Shown one piece after another: positions 1 through 11,794 of a stretch of 64,000 bases of DNA (position 1 is the stretch's first letter; the number at the start of each line of letters is the position of its first letter). The stretch is from contig CAXNJO010000003.1 in NCBI GenBank assembly GCA_964202905.1, positions 320,001 to 384,000 of the forward strand, read 5' to 3'. The notes beneath the pieces were generated by a model. It saw only the letters and a list, made by a program, of their open reading frames with translations, ran no database searches and was not told the DNA's origin. The position numbers and the translations under genes are program-made. This stretch comes from Polyangiales bacterium. Its GTDB lineage: Bacteria; Myxococcota_A; Polyangia; Polyangiales; JADJQN01.

Positions 1-427
1 CATCGCCGGCCGCCACCCGAGCAGGATGGCCGCCGCCACCACCGAGCCGATGAAGTTCGCGGCGTAGACGCCCGCGGTCGCCCCCGGTGAAGACCCCCGG
101 CACCGCCGCGAGCCACAGATTCACGACGATCCAGCCGACGCGGACGGTGAGCGGCCAGCCCGAACGCCACGCCACGAGCACGCTCGTGCCCACCAGCCCA
201 AGCGCGAGGCCCACGACCCCGTACGCCTCGGCCGCGAGCATCGCGGGGAGGTACAGCGTGACCAGCACGATCCCGCCGACCGCGAGGATCGCGAGCAGCG
301 CCGTCGCCGCGCGCTGCCGAAACGCCTCGACCATCGGGCCGATGGATGCGGCCTCGGCGCCTGCCCCGGATTCCTCGGCAGCCTCGCCCTTCGACGGATC
401 TCGGGTGGCACGAACAGGCGTCGTCAC
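1..427 (-). CDS. Partial multi-pass membrane protein (N-terminus; runs off the window edge; possible sensor input region)
   Basis: Manual translation from GTG at 427 gives successive hydrophobic helices (ATALLAILAVGGIVLVTLYL, YGVVGLALGLVGTSVLVAW, VGWIVVNLWLAAV). Probable indel in the C-run near 81-85, after which YAANFIGSVVAAAILLGW continues. Not in the ORF track. Confidence 0.5.
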   Translation of the reverse strand, partial: MTTPVRATRDPSKGEAAEESGAGAEAASIGPMVEAFRQRAATALLAILAVGGIVLVTLYLPAMLAAEAYGVVGLALGLVGTSVLVAWRSGWPLTVRVGWIVVNLWLAAVPGVFTGGDRGRLRRELHRLGGGGGHPARVAAGD

Positions 428-719
428 GGCGGCGTCGAGGGTAGTCGCGAGAGCGCACGCGTGTCCAAGCACAACGGCGCCGCCCCGCATCCGGCGCAGG
501 CTCCCGGCACGCGTCGTGCCGGCCCGCGGAATCCGGCGCCGGTGCTTGACCCGCGCAGCCCGTGCACCCAAAGCAGCGCGCGCCCGCAGACGTGAATGTC
601 TGGAGGGACACAGCCTCGCTGACGGACTCGACATGACCGGCGGCGCAGCGCTTCAGACCGTGCGGTGCAGGCTGGTAAAGCGCAGCGCACGGGGGACTCG
701 CCGCCCGCGGGGGCGGTCG

Positions 720-1178
720 ATGCGGAAGTCGCACGACGAGGAGGATGAGAGCGTGTACGTCCGGCATCGAAGCCGCGTCGAGTGGGGCATCGGGCATGCC
801 TCGGTCTCGGGGGACTACCTCGAGGTCCGATTTTCCCTGTGCGACGCGAGCCACAAGCGTTTCCTCAAGGACAACCGCCTCCTCAGCAGGGTCATGCTCG
901 AGGACGAGGCGCGGGCGGCGCGCGCCAATCCGGCCCGCCGAGAGTCGCTCATCGCCGCGCTCCGCAAGGGATTCGTGGGCGAGTGGGAGACCGTCCGCGC
1001 GCTCCTCCAGATCCTCGACCCCTCGGGCCGCGAGGAGCGCAAGCTCGTGATTGCCGGCTACGTCCCGCTCAAGAAGGAATTCTCCATCCCCGTCGTGCCG
1101 CGCGAGGTCGGCAGTCACGACATCTGGGGCAGGCCGCGGACCCCCGGCAGCGCCTTCTCCGGCCGCCGCACCCGCTGA
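720..1178 (+). CDS. Hypothetical protein with N-terminal SH3/Tudor-like (DUF3553-like) motif
   Basis: The 3' part of ORF 87..1178 has protein-like composition from ATG 720. YVRHRSRVEWGIG...LEVRF resembles the 'VRH..pdWGiG.V' small beta-barrel motif. Confidence 0.5.
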   Translation: MRKSHDEEDESVYVRHRSRVEWGIGHASVSGDYLEVRFSLCDASHKRFLKDNRLLSRVMLEDEARAARANPARRESLIAALRKGFVGEWETVRALLQILDPSGREERKLVIAGYVPLKKEFSIPVVPREVGSHDIWGRPRTPGSAFSGRRTR

Positions 1179-1411
1179 CGCCTCGACCCGCACCGAGCGC
1201 GCCAACACCGTCGATCGAGGCGCAGATGCCCTGTCTCGTCAGGGCTCGTTGGGGCCAACGGCCGCCGCGGGGCCCCATCCCGCAGCGGCTCTCGTCGAGG
1301 GCGAAACCCAGCGAGTCGTGATGGCGCCGCGGCCGGCCCCCTGACCTCTTCGCATCGGCGGCAACGCGCTGCGCCGCGGCAAACCGAGCGCCGCCACCGA
1401 CGGACACCCCG

Positions 1412-2563
1412 TCAACGCCGGCAGCCGATGCGCTCTTCTGCGACGACGACATCATCGTAGAGGATGGTCTGCTCGTCCGAGACCGTCAGCCCGCGCATCT
1501 CCATGGCTGCGCGGCGGCGCGCGGTGGTGTCGCGCTCGTAATAGGCGTCCATCACGAAGGACTTGAATCCCACGCGCGCGTCGGTGCGGAAATCGAACCC
1601 TTCGAAGGACACAGGCGGCGTGCACGCGCTGAACCCACAGCCACCTTCGTGAAAGGTCGCGCGCAGCCACGTGCCCTCGGGCTCGCCGGGCGCGTAGCGA
1701 CCCACCTCGACGTCGTCGATCCAGTAGGCGAGCCAACCATCGCTCTCCCCCACGGTGTTCGCGTGCGCGCCCATCTCGATGCAGAACCACTCGTCCCGCG
1801 GATAGGGAGACTGCCCCGCGGGGCTGAAGACGTTGCCGTAGTAGTACGTGGTCCCCTGATCGCCGGGGCAGCCCGTCACCGCGCTGCCGTCGTTGCAGCG
1901 GCCGGAGCGCATGCCGTACCAATACACGTAGAAGTTGAAGAGATCGGTGTCGTCGATGTCGAAGTCGAACCAGAACCCCCGGTCCCCCGGCGGGACCATG
2001 TTCGCGCGGCCCGAGCCATCCCAGGTGTCGTCCCCGGCGCTCATGCGCACCCAGTGATGCGGATTGGGCGCGACGTTCGGGAAGCGCGCATAGAAGCGCC
2101 AATAGACGGTGTCGACGCGCCGATCGAACGCAAAGCTCGACTGCGACGAGATGTACATGTCACCCGCGAGGTCGGCCTCGGTGACGGTGGAGCGCAGGTA
2201 GCGCGTCCCCGCGTGCGCGCGCGCCGCGTCCGACTCCATCGTGAGATAGACCGTGTCGGCGCGGGGCGCGTCCCACCGCCCCCAGCCCCCCTCGAAGTCA
2301 TCGTGAAACAGCACCGAAGGTGCGCCCGCGATCCCCTCATCACCGGGATAGCGATCGCGCAACAGCGCCCCGGGCGGCCCCCCGGCATCCGCGCCCGGCC
2401 CGGCGTCCGCGCTTGGTCCGGCATCCGCGCGCGGCCCGCCCCCATCCCCGCGCGCAGCATCCATCGCGACCGCGCCATCCGCCCCACCCGTGACCGCGCC
2501 CTCACAGCCGAGAGCGAGCCCTGCGAGCGAGACGAGCCACGTGATGCGTGCGCCGAGTTGCAT
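1412..2563 (-). CDS. Lipoprotein with polysaccharide-lyase/ConA-like beta-sandwich domain
   Basis: Lipobox LALGC, DAG-repeat linker, LFHDDFEGG, aromatic-rich body with WFCIEM, GWLAYWIDD and YDDVVVA.ERIGC. Confidence 0.65.
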   Translation of the reverse strand: MQLGARITWLVSLAGLALGCEGAVTGGADGAVAMDAARGDGGGPRADAGPSADAGPGADAGGPPGALLRDRYPGDEGIAGAPSVLFHDDFEGGWGRWDAPRADTVYLTMESDAARAHAGTRYLRSTVTEADLAGDMYISSQSSFAFDRRVDTVYWRFYARFPNVAPNPHHWVRMSAGDDTWDGSGRANMVPPGDRGFWFDFDIDDTDLFNFYVYWYGMRSGRCNDGSAVTGCPGDQGTTYYYGNVFSPAGQSPYPRDEWFCIEMGAHANTVGESDGWLAYWIDDVEVGRYAPGEPEGTWLRATFHEGGCGFSACTPPVSFEGFDFRTDARVGFKSFVMDAYYERDTTARRRAAMEMRGLTVSDEQTILYDDVVVAEERIGCRR

Positions 2564-2696
2564 GCCCGCACGATAGCGCCGCGCCGCACGCCGGCCGTCA
2601 TCGTCGGTGACGTCTGCGCCGCTCGAGCGGCCGTGGACATGTGTCGGGGCGAGGTGGGCGAGACTGGCTTCGCGCGTTCGTGGCCGAGCGGTGCGC

Positions 2697-5600
2697 TCAT
2701 CCGTTTAATGTCTCGTAGAGCTGCGAGTTGTTGAGCAGGATCTCCATGATCCCGCGCTGCACGACCTCTGAACCCAGCGCCTGCGTGCTCATGGCGGTGT
2801 GGGCGTCGAACGCCCCCATGATCGCGTTCATCAACTCCCTGCGGAGATCCGGCGAGCTGGCGAACTGCTCTTTGGTGTTGTTCGCGGCCTGCTCTCGCAG
2901 GGTCGCGGACTCCAACAGCTTGCCTTTGATGACGTTGTTCACGTAGACGAGCTTGTCTTGATCGGTCAGCTCGCCCTCGAAGAGGTCATTCACCTTCTCG
3001 ATGATCTCGATGAGCAGCGCCTTCTCCTTCTCCTGCACGGAGCCGCTGCCTGCTTCGGTCAAGGGGTCGAGCTTCGGTGTCTCGCCCGTGGTCGAGGGAG
3101 AGGGTACGCTTGCCGAGATCCTTGAGGTGGTGGTGGGTCAGCACGACCTTCGAGAGGTCGATCTCCTCGCGCTCACGGCCAAACTCCAGCAAAGGCATCC
3201 AGCTTCTTGAAGAAGATGGCCCGCTTCTCGATGGCGGTGTTGCCGTAGTCGAAGATCTGCGAGAGGAAGGTGTAGAGGCGCAGGAACGCCCCCATGTCGC
3301 CCTTGAAGAGCATGAGCGCGTTGAGCTCGGCATTGGCTGCCGTGATGGCCTCTGGGTCGTTGCTCGCCTTCGCGGCCTTCAAGGCCTCTTGGGCCGCCTT
3401 GTACTTCCGCATGATGCGGTCGACGCACGGCTCGAGGCGCAGCGACCAGTTCGCCCTGCTTCGACTTCGGGTTGAGCTCGACGCTCGACGACGCGCTCGA
3501 CCTCGAAGTCGTCGTAGTGCGCCGGCGGCATCGAGCTTGGCGCGCAGGTTGAAGACGAGGTTCGGGGTCGGTCGTCGCCGGAGAGCTCGGCGGTGGTGTG
3601 ATAGGTCTTGAAGGCCGCGAGCACCTCCTCGGCGTCGTTGACGAAGTCGAGGACGTAGGTGGTGTCCTTGCCCGGGTGCGCGCGGTTCAGTCGCGAGAGG
3701 GTCTGCACCGCCTGGATGCCCGGCGAGGCGCTTGTCGACGTACATGCCGCAGAGCAGGGGTTGGTCGAAGCCGGTCTGGAACTTGTTGGCCACGAGCAGC
3801 ACCTGGTACTCGTCGCCCTTGAAGGCCTCGCGGATGTCGCGCCCTTGAGGCCGGGGTTCAGCGCCGGGCTGCTGCTCGGTGAACGGGATCGGGGCCGGAT
3901 TCCTCGTCGAGGATCTCGCCGGAGAAGGCCACCAGCGGTGCCGATCTTGTAGCCGCAGTTCTTGGATGTACTTCTCGATCGCGAGCTGCCAGCGCACCGC
4001 CTCGAGGCGGCTCGCGACGACCACCATCGCCTTGGCGCGGCCCATCGAGCAGCGGGGCGACGTACGTCGCGGAAGTGCTCGACGACGATCTGCGACCTTC
4101 TGCGCGATGTTGTAGGGGTGCAGCTTCACCCAGCCCATGACCTTCTTGAGCGCCGCGCTGCGCTCGACCTCGCGCTCGTCGAGCTCCTTGCCCTCGTGCG
4201 CGAGCTTGAAGCGCCAGGCTGTAGGGCGTGTAGTTCTTGAGCACGTCGAGGATGAAGCTTCTCCTCGATCGCCTGCCGCATCGAGTAGACGTGAAACGGC
4301 GTCGGGAGGTTGTCGTCGGCGCGGCTTGCGGGTCGGGTCCGGCCGCGTGCCGAAGAGCTCCATCGTCTTGTTCTTCGGCGTCGCCGTGAAGGCCACGAAG
4401 GTGATGCCCGCGTCGTCGGCGCGCGCCGCCATCTGCGCCGCCAGGATGTCCTCGGTGCTGACCTCGCCGCCGTCGCTCGAGCTCTGCGACTCCTCGGCGG
4501 TGAGCACGGCCTTGAGCTTCGTCGCGGCCTCCCCGGTCTGGGAGCTGTGGGCCTCGTCGGCGATCACCGCGAAGCGCTTGCCCTCGCGTGGCCGCCAGCT
4601 TGCGCACCGCCTCGAGGGCAAGTGGGAAGCGTCTGGATGGTGCAGACGACGATCTTCTTGTCCCCGGAGAGCGCCTCCGCGAGCTGCCGCTCTTGCTGCC
4701 GTCGTTGTCCGTGATCGTCGCGACCACGCCGGCGGTGCGCTCGAAGTCGAAGAGCGCCTCCTGCAGCTGCGAGTCGATGACGTTGCGGTCCGAGACCACC
4801 AGCACGGTGTCGAAGACCTTCTTGTCGCGCGCGTCGTGCAGCTCCGCGAGGAAGTGCGCCGTCCACGCGATGGAGTTCGTCTTGCCGGAGCCGGCCGAGT
4901 GCTGAATCGAGGTACTTGCCGCCCGGGCCCTCCGTCGAGCACGGCGGCCTGGAGCTTGCGCGTGACGTCGAGCTGGTGATAGCGGGGGAAGATCACCCGC
5001 GCGATCTGCTTCTTCTTGTCGCGCTGCGCGATGAGGTAGCGCCCGAGGATCTCGAGCCAGCTCTCGCGCTCCCAGACCTGCTCCCACAGGTACGCGGTGC
5101 GGTGCCCGCCCACCGGGTTCACCGGGTTGCCCGCGGCCCCGTCGTTGCCCTGATTGAAGGGCAGGAACAGGGTGGCCGGGCCGTCCAGCCGTGGTCACCA
5201 TGCACACCTCGCTGTTGCTCACGGCGAAGTGGACCAACGCGCCCATCGGGAACGAGAGCAGCAACTCAGGGGCCTGCCCCTTGGGCCGCGGGTTCCGGTC
5301 GAAGCGGTATTGATCGACGGCGTCCCCGATGGACTGCGTGAAGTCCGTCTTCAGCTCGACGGTCGCCACGGGCAAGCCGTTGAGGAAGAGCACGAGGTCG
5401 ATGCTGTTCTCGTTGTGCAGCGAGTACCGCACCTGCCGGACGACGCGGAGGCGGTTCGCCGCGTAGCGGGCGAGGATGTCCGCGTTGATCGCCAGCGCAG
5501 GCTTGAACTCGGCCAGCTTGAGCGGCTGCTTCAGCCCGAGCAGCTCGATGCCGTGGCGGAGCACGTCGAGCGTGCCCCGCTGGTCGAGCTGGTCCCGCAG

Positions 5601-5822
5601 CCGGTCGAGCAGGGTCTCCGCGGCCTGCGCCGCCGTGGTTCTTCGTGCAGCGCTCTCCCACGCCTTCGGCTGCGTCGCCTGCACCCACGCGAGCACGTCC
5701 GCCGGGAACAGCGCCCGGGCGCGGTCGTAGCCCGCCGCGTCGCCCTCGGCGTAGAGCCAGCCATGCGCCGCGAGGTGCTCGCAGACCTCGTCCTCGAAGC
5801 TGACCTCCTTGTGCAGGCTCAC
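2697..5822 (-). CDS. hsdR: Type I restriction endonuclease subunit R (multiple frameshifts)
   Basis: Segments in several frames: SLHKEVSFEDEVCEHL (start), IDLVLFLNGLPVATVELK (nuclease), HSAGSGKT (Walker A), ADEAHSSQ, AFTATPK, VANKFQTGFDQPLLCGMYVDKRL, QTLSRLNR, and C-terminal IIEKVNDLFEGELTD...QAANNTKEQF. Confidence 0.9.
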
Positions 5823-5824
5823 GC

Positions 5825-6692
5825 TCAGCCTCCGGGCCGATCGCTTGGTCGGTCGAGCGTCGTGCCGTCCTGGCTCTTCCACTCTTCCAGCCGTTGGACG
5901 GTGCGGCCGAGCAGCGCGATCGCCGCCATGCTCGGCGAGTTGAACAGGTGGTCCTTTGCGAAGACGACCTTGTCCCCCTTCTCGTGCATCACGCCGGCAG
6001 CGACGAGCTTGTCCCGGAAGTGCTCGTTTCGAGTGCCCACGATGGACGGCACGTTGGCTTCGCCGGCCGATCGAGCCCTTCAGGACCACGAAGCCCTCCG
6101 GCGTATAGAGGCCGCGCCCGTCGATGCCCGGACGCTTTGCAGTGAAGACGCTCCTCGGCGTTCGAGGCGAGCTGCCGATGCCGACGGGCTCGAACACCGG
6201 GTAACCGAGCGTCGCCAGCAGCGTGCGGCCGGTCTCGAAGATCTCGAGGCAATCCGCCTCGAAGCGGGGCCGGGGTGTGCGGCTTGGTGCCGCTGTTGCC
6301 GTTCTCGTCGGCGTAGCGCCCTGCCTTCTTCGCAGCCTGGAGGCAGTGCCACTCCAGGAAGAGCGCCGTGGGTCTGCGTGAGGCTGTTGGTGCGCGAGAT
6401 CAGCACCAGCGCCCGCTGCCAGAAGTCCTTCTTCTGGTTGTGGCTGATGAGCCGGGCGCTGAGATCTCCGGTCTGGCCGACGTACACGCGATGGCTCGCT
6501 GCCATCCTCCGCGTCCCCGAACAGGAAGTAGAGCGCGACCTGGTCGCTCTCGTCCATCTTGAGGAAGTCCTGCAGCAAGCTCCGCAGGCCTCGATCACCT
6601 GCACGATGCGGGTCGTGATCTCCGCGATGCGGATGCCGCGCGGGTCGCCGCCCGGCAGGAAGATCTGGATGGTCTTCGGCGTCGGCGTTCAT
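5825..6692 (-). CDS. GIY-YIG nuclease family protein with C-terminal DUF4357/RAMA-like domain (frameshifted)
   Basis: Reassembled across frames: [87 protein letters not shown]...EEWK. The ATG overlaps the hsdS stop (ATGA). Confidence 0.8.
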
Positions 6693-8033
6693 GCGGCGGC
6701 CCGTTCGGCGACGGGGCGGACGTCGATCTGTCCGGTGACAGCGGCGGAGATCAGCGCGGTGCGGCGCTCTTGCAGGAGGTCGATGGCGCGTTGGGCTTCG
6801 GCGGTGAGGGTGTTGAGCGATCGCGTTGCTCGATCCAACTGCGATAAGACTCACGCTGCTCAACGACAGGAGGCGGCAGGCATGACAGCGTCTTCGATCG
6901 TGCACTCGTCTGACGTTGAGTTTGAATCATGCGTGTCAAGACGCAGCGTCAAGGTCACTGCGTGCGATTGGCACAAGTAGCTGACCAGTTCAGACCGATA
7001 GCACTGCGGACGTCTACAGCCGGCGAAGTCAGGTAGCCAGCCATGAGCCGACTCAGCCCACGGGTTGAGTAGTGCAACACTCGCCCGACGGTGCGCCCCA
7101 ATTCGCGCGAGAAGAACATCGCCCTCGCTTAGAAGATATCGGCTCCGCAACGTGGACAGGCAGCGACTGAAGGTCTCGTCGGACGAGTCCAGCCACTGTC
7201 ATCGGTATCGGTCATGCGAACGAATCCGCGCAGATTGCCGCCGTCAGTCCGCGGCTGCCGTTTGCGCCATGACTCTGACCAGGCTCCGTCGACGAGATCT
7301 GCTTCAGCTCGCGTCACCTCCCAATGCGTCCGGCACCTGCCCCAAGCCACTCCACGCCGGAGTCCTTCATCGGGGCGTCGGGGTTCAGGCCCTTGGTGAC
7401 GGCAGTGGGAGATGACGGCCTGGCGCTTCTCCTTCAGCAGTTCCATCAACCGCTGCTGCTCGCGCCACGAGCGCGTCGATCTTGGCGGTCTCGCGGTCGA
7501 GGAAGGCGGCGATGGCGTGAGCTTGCTCGATCTCCACTGGCAGGCAATGGCGACGAAAATTGTCTCACACTTGCCTGGCACGACGATGTGTTCGACGGTC
7601 GACTGGCGTGCCTTGCAATCCGCTTGATCTGCCTTCAGCGGAATCGGAAGACATGATCCAGACGATCCAGTGAAGTGCGGACCGCCCCGCTGCAGCACAG
7701 CACTGCGGTTGATGTCAACAAGCGCCTCCATCAGGCCGTACCACCGACCGACGTTGAAGTCACCGTCCATGCTGTGAGTACGTCGGCCGCCGTGACGGCA
7801 ACTCGATCGAACGCACCATGTCGTAGTACGATCGCGGCTGTCTTGCTTGTTGAGACCTGCCAATTCTTATGAACGGATAACCTGTCCGCCGGATCGAACA
7901 GTTCCGAGTCAGAATGCGTAGCCTTGACGTGTCGCGCCAGCTTTCTAACAGGAAGCGCACACGTCCCAATGTTCTGGCACCTCCCCAAGCCACTCCACTC
8001 CGCTGTCCTTGTACTTCGCATACCGCGGGAAGC

Positions 8034-8037
<4 letters not shown>
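6689..8037 (-). CDS. hsdS: Type I R-M specificity subunit S (frameshifted)
   Basis: [24 protein letters not shown] start, central [23 protein letters not shown], second [10 protein letters not shown] repeat, terminal [23 protein letters not shown]. Two lower-GC variable (TRD) regions. Confidence 0.88.
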
Positions 8038-9790
<1,753 letters not shown>

Positions 9791-10054
9791 CCCTGCGAGC
9801 GCTCGCGGCGTTGAACAGCGCGTAGACGTCGGACGCGCGGAAGCGACGACGCGCTCGACGCGCGCGGGCTTTCTACGGGCAAGCGCCGAGCGCGCAGCGA
9901 GCCGCGCCCGCGGTGATGCTCTGCGAGGCGCCGCGGGGGTCAAGGCGGGAGTGCGCTGCGCGGAGGCGGAGAGGACGTCGGGCGGAGCGATCCTCGCATG
10001 TTGGTCACCGGCCCGAGTGACGACCCGCGCGAGATCGACCTACCGATGGGCAAC

Positions 10055-10261
10055 TCAAGCCGCGCTCCCCGCGTGATCGGCGACCGATCGGAGTTCGGCG
10101 AGCCGATGCGGCTCGATGGGCCGCACGGCCGGCTCTCCACGGTCACACTTCACCTGCGACATCGTCACGGTCGCATCGCCTGACCGACAGGAACACAGGG
10201 GGGCGACTTCTTCGACACCGCCACGGACGCGCGCGACGAGCTTGCTGACCTCAGCGGCCAC
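10055..10261 (-). pseudogene. Possible truncated partner gene remnant overlapping the stop of 10251..10499
   Basis: The GTG at 10261 overlaps the upstream gene end. MAAEVSKLVARVRGGVEEVA looks coding for about 20 codons and then loses protein-like character. Confidence 0.25.
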
Positions 10262-10499
10262 GCGGCCACCCCGCCTCGCGCCGGAGCCGCGCCAACGCGC
10301 GCACCGTCGACTCCGGCAGCGGGTCCTCGTACGACAGGATCTGCTCCGCCCGCCCGCTTGCGTGGATCGCCCACATCGCATCGCGCGAGCAGCGTTTGGC
10401 GAGGTCCCAGAGCGCGGCCTGCGATAGCCCGCGCCACTCCGCGACCTCCTGCTTCACGGACGTCACGTCGTCGACCACCCATCCCGGCAGGCGCGTCAT
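10251..10499 (-). CDS. Small helical hypothetical protein (82 aa)
   Basis: MTRLPGWVVDDVTSVKQEVAEWRG...YEDPLPESTVRALARLRRE; good GC3 codon pattern; ATG at 10499. Confidence 0.65.
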   Translation of the reverse strand: MTRLPGWVVDDVTSVKQEVAEWRGLSQAALWDLAKRCSRDAMWAIHASGRAEQILSYEDPLPESTVRALARLRREAGWPRGR

Positions 10500-10623
10500 G
10501 GCAACGAGCCTGTCTGACGCTTCATCGAGCTGCACGTTCGCGCAGCGTCCTGGTTTGCCTCAGCGAACAACGCGTAATCGCGGCGCGTCGTCTTGGTGCT
10601 TCAAGCACACACTCCGAGTGCGT

Positions 10624-11460
10624 TCACGCCAGCGCCACCCGTTGACCATGCGAGAGTCGCTCAAAGTTCGACATCCATGAGCGCAAGCCTCGGAACCAAA
10701 CGAAGCTATGCGCAAGAACACCATCGACAAAGTAAGTGTTGTTTCCTCTCGTGATGATACTGCCGACCCCAATTGGGTGTGTTTGTCGAAATAGACCTGT
10801 TACCGCTTTCCAAGCGATCTGCCCATCCTCACTCCGGATGAGCAGCCTCATACCAGGACGAACATCGCGGATGCGCGTCCAGCCGTCATGCGCGCGCACA
10901 GGATGGAGCCGCGTTCCCGACAATGCATGGCCCCCGTCGATCTCGACACGAAACACGTCGACCATTTCGTGCCCCGAGACTTTCGCTACATTCGTAGAGA
11001 CGATGGACTTCTCGGCGTCGCTCCAGCTCAACACGGAGTCTCCTTCACGTATCGACGACAGCAGACGCGGACCAGAAGGTGTTGCGATACGTGAATCAAG
11101 GGCGAAACAGCTGGACGCTTCGCGATCATGGAACCGGACCGTGATGCTTGACACGGCTCTGGCGGCATAGTGCAGAGCCTTCTGTGCATCGGCGAGCACG
11201 TCCGCTTCCGGTGCTTCGGCTTGCTCCGCGATATGGCGAGCCTCAATGAGCAAGCGCGCTGCGTGCGCGATATGGGTATCGGCTTCGGACACAAGTAGTC
11301 GAAACCGCTCCCGCGGTGACTGAGGATTGCTGTCGTAATCGACACGCCGCCGAGCGTCTTCAGGGTGATCGCGCATGACTGCAGATTCTAATGGAAGCGT
11401 ATTGATACACGAACAAAGATCAACATCGTTGAGCCTCGTCGCATTCGGCGTATCGATCAC
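10624..11460 (-). CDS. Hint (intein-like/BIL) domain protein with helical N-terminal extein
   Basis: Block A CFALDSRIATPSG, IREGDSVLS, block B TRLHP, GWTRIRDVRPGMRL, blocks F/G GNNTYFVDGVLAHSF. Lower GC than flanks. Start uncertain (11460 or internal ATG 11376). Confidence 0.85.
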   Translation of the reverse strand: MIDTPNATRLNDVDLCSCINTLPLESAVMRDHPEDARRRVDYDSNPQSPRERFRLLVSEADTHIAHAARLLIEARHIAEQAEAPEADVLADAQKALHYAARAVSSITVRFHDREASSCFALDSRIATPSGPRLLSSIREGDSVLSWSDAEKSIVSTNVAKVSGHEMVDVFRVEIDGGHALSGTRLHPVRAHDGWTRIRDVRPGMRLLIRSEDGQIAWKAVTGLFRQTHPIGVGSIITRGNNTYFVDGVLAHSFVWFRGLRSWMSNFERLSHGQRVALA

Positions 11461-11683
11461 GACATGGCCTAGGGCTCCGATACGACCGCGTACCCTTCCC
11501 TGCGCTATTCGTTGAAGACGTCGTTTGTATCGACATCTTCACCGAGTACGTATCATTTTGCCACTCCCACTCTCGCCACTGCGGCCGCGAAGCCGGCCGC
11601 CTCGCGTATTCCCTCTCCCCTGTTCGACTCCCCTCTCCCACTCGCCCCGAATCCCGCGCATCGCCTCCATTCCCCAAAGCCCC

Positions 11684-11715
11684 AAAAAAGAAAAAGGCGC
11701 CGCACGGGCGCCCTT
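11684..11715 (-). terminator. Intrinsic (Rho-independent) terminator of the beta-barrel operon
   Basis: Minus strand reads AAG-GGCGCC-CGTGC-GGCGCC-TTTTTCTTTTTT, about 80 bp downstream of the stop at 11793. Confidence 0.8.
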
Positions 11716-11761
11716 CTCACCATCCTAGGCCGCGCTTCCATGCGCGGATACTCCGGAAGAA

Positions 11762-11794
11762 CCCCTCCCTCCAGGGAGGGGCAGGGGAGGGCTC
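11762..11794. repeat. REP-like palindrome CCCCTCCCTCCAGGGAGGGG followed by CAGGGGAGGG
   Basis: 8-bp stem CCCCTCCC/GGGAGGGG directly after the barrel stop codon; single copy seen in this window. Confidence 0.45.

Noticed and set aside
1180..1410. Hairpin-rich intergenic region as an ncRNA
   Set aside because: Short GC stems are expected by chance and no known RNA family motif was recognised.
3858..6905. Apparent 1015-aa GIY-YIG/HsdR fusion
   Set aside because: Produced by frameshifts; a separate hsdR start (GTG 5822) and a stop near 5825 are visible.
10505..10625. Possible integron attC site downstream of the Hint gene
   Set aside because: No convincing RYYYAAC/GTTRRRY pair or long dyad, and no integron integrase in the window.
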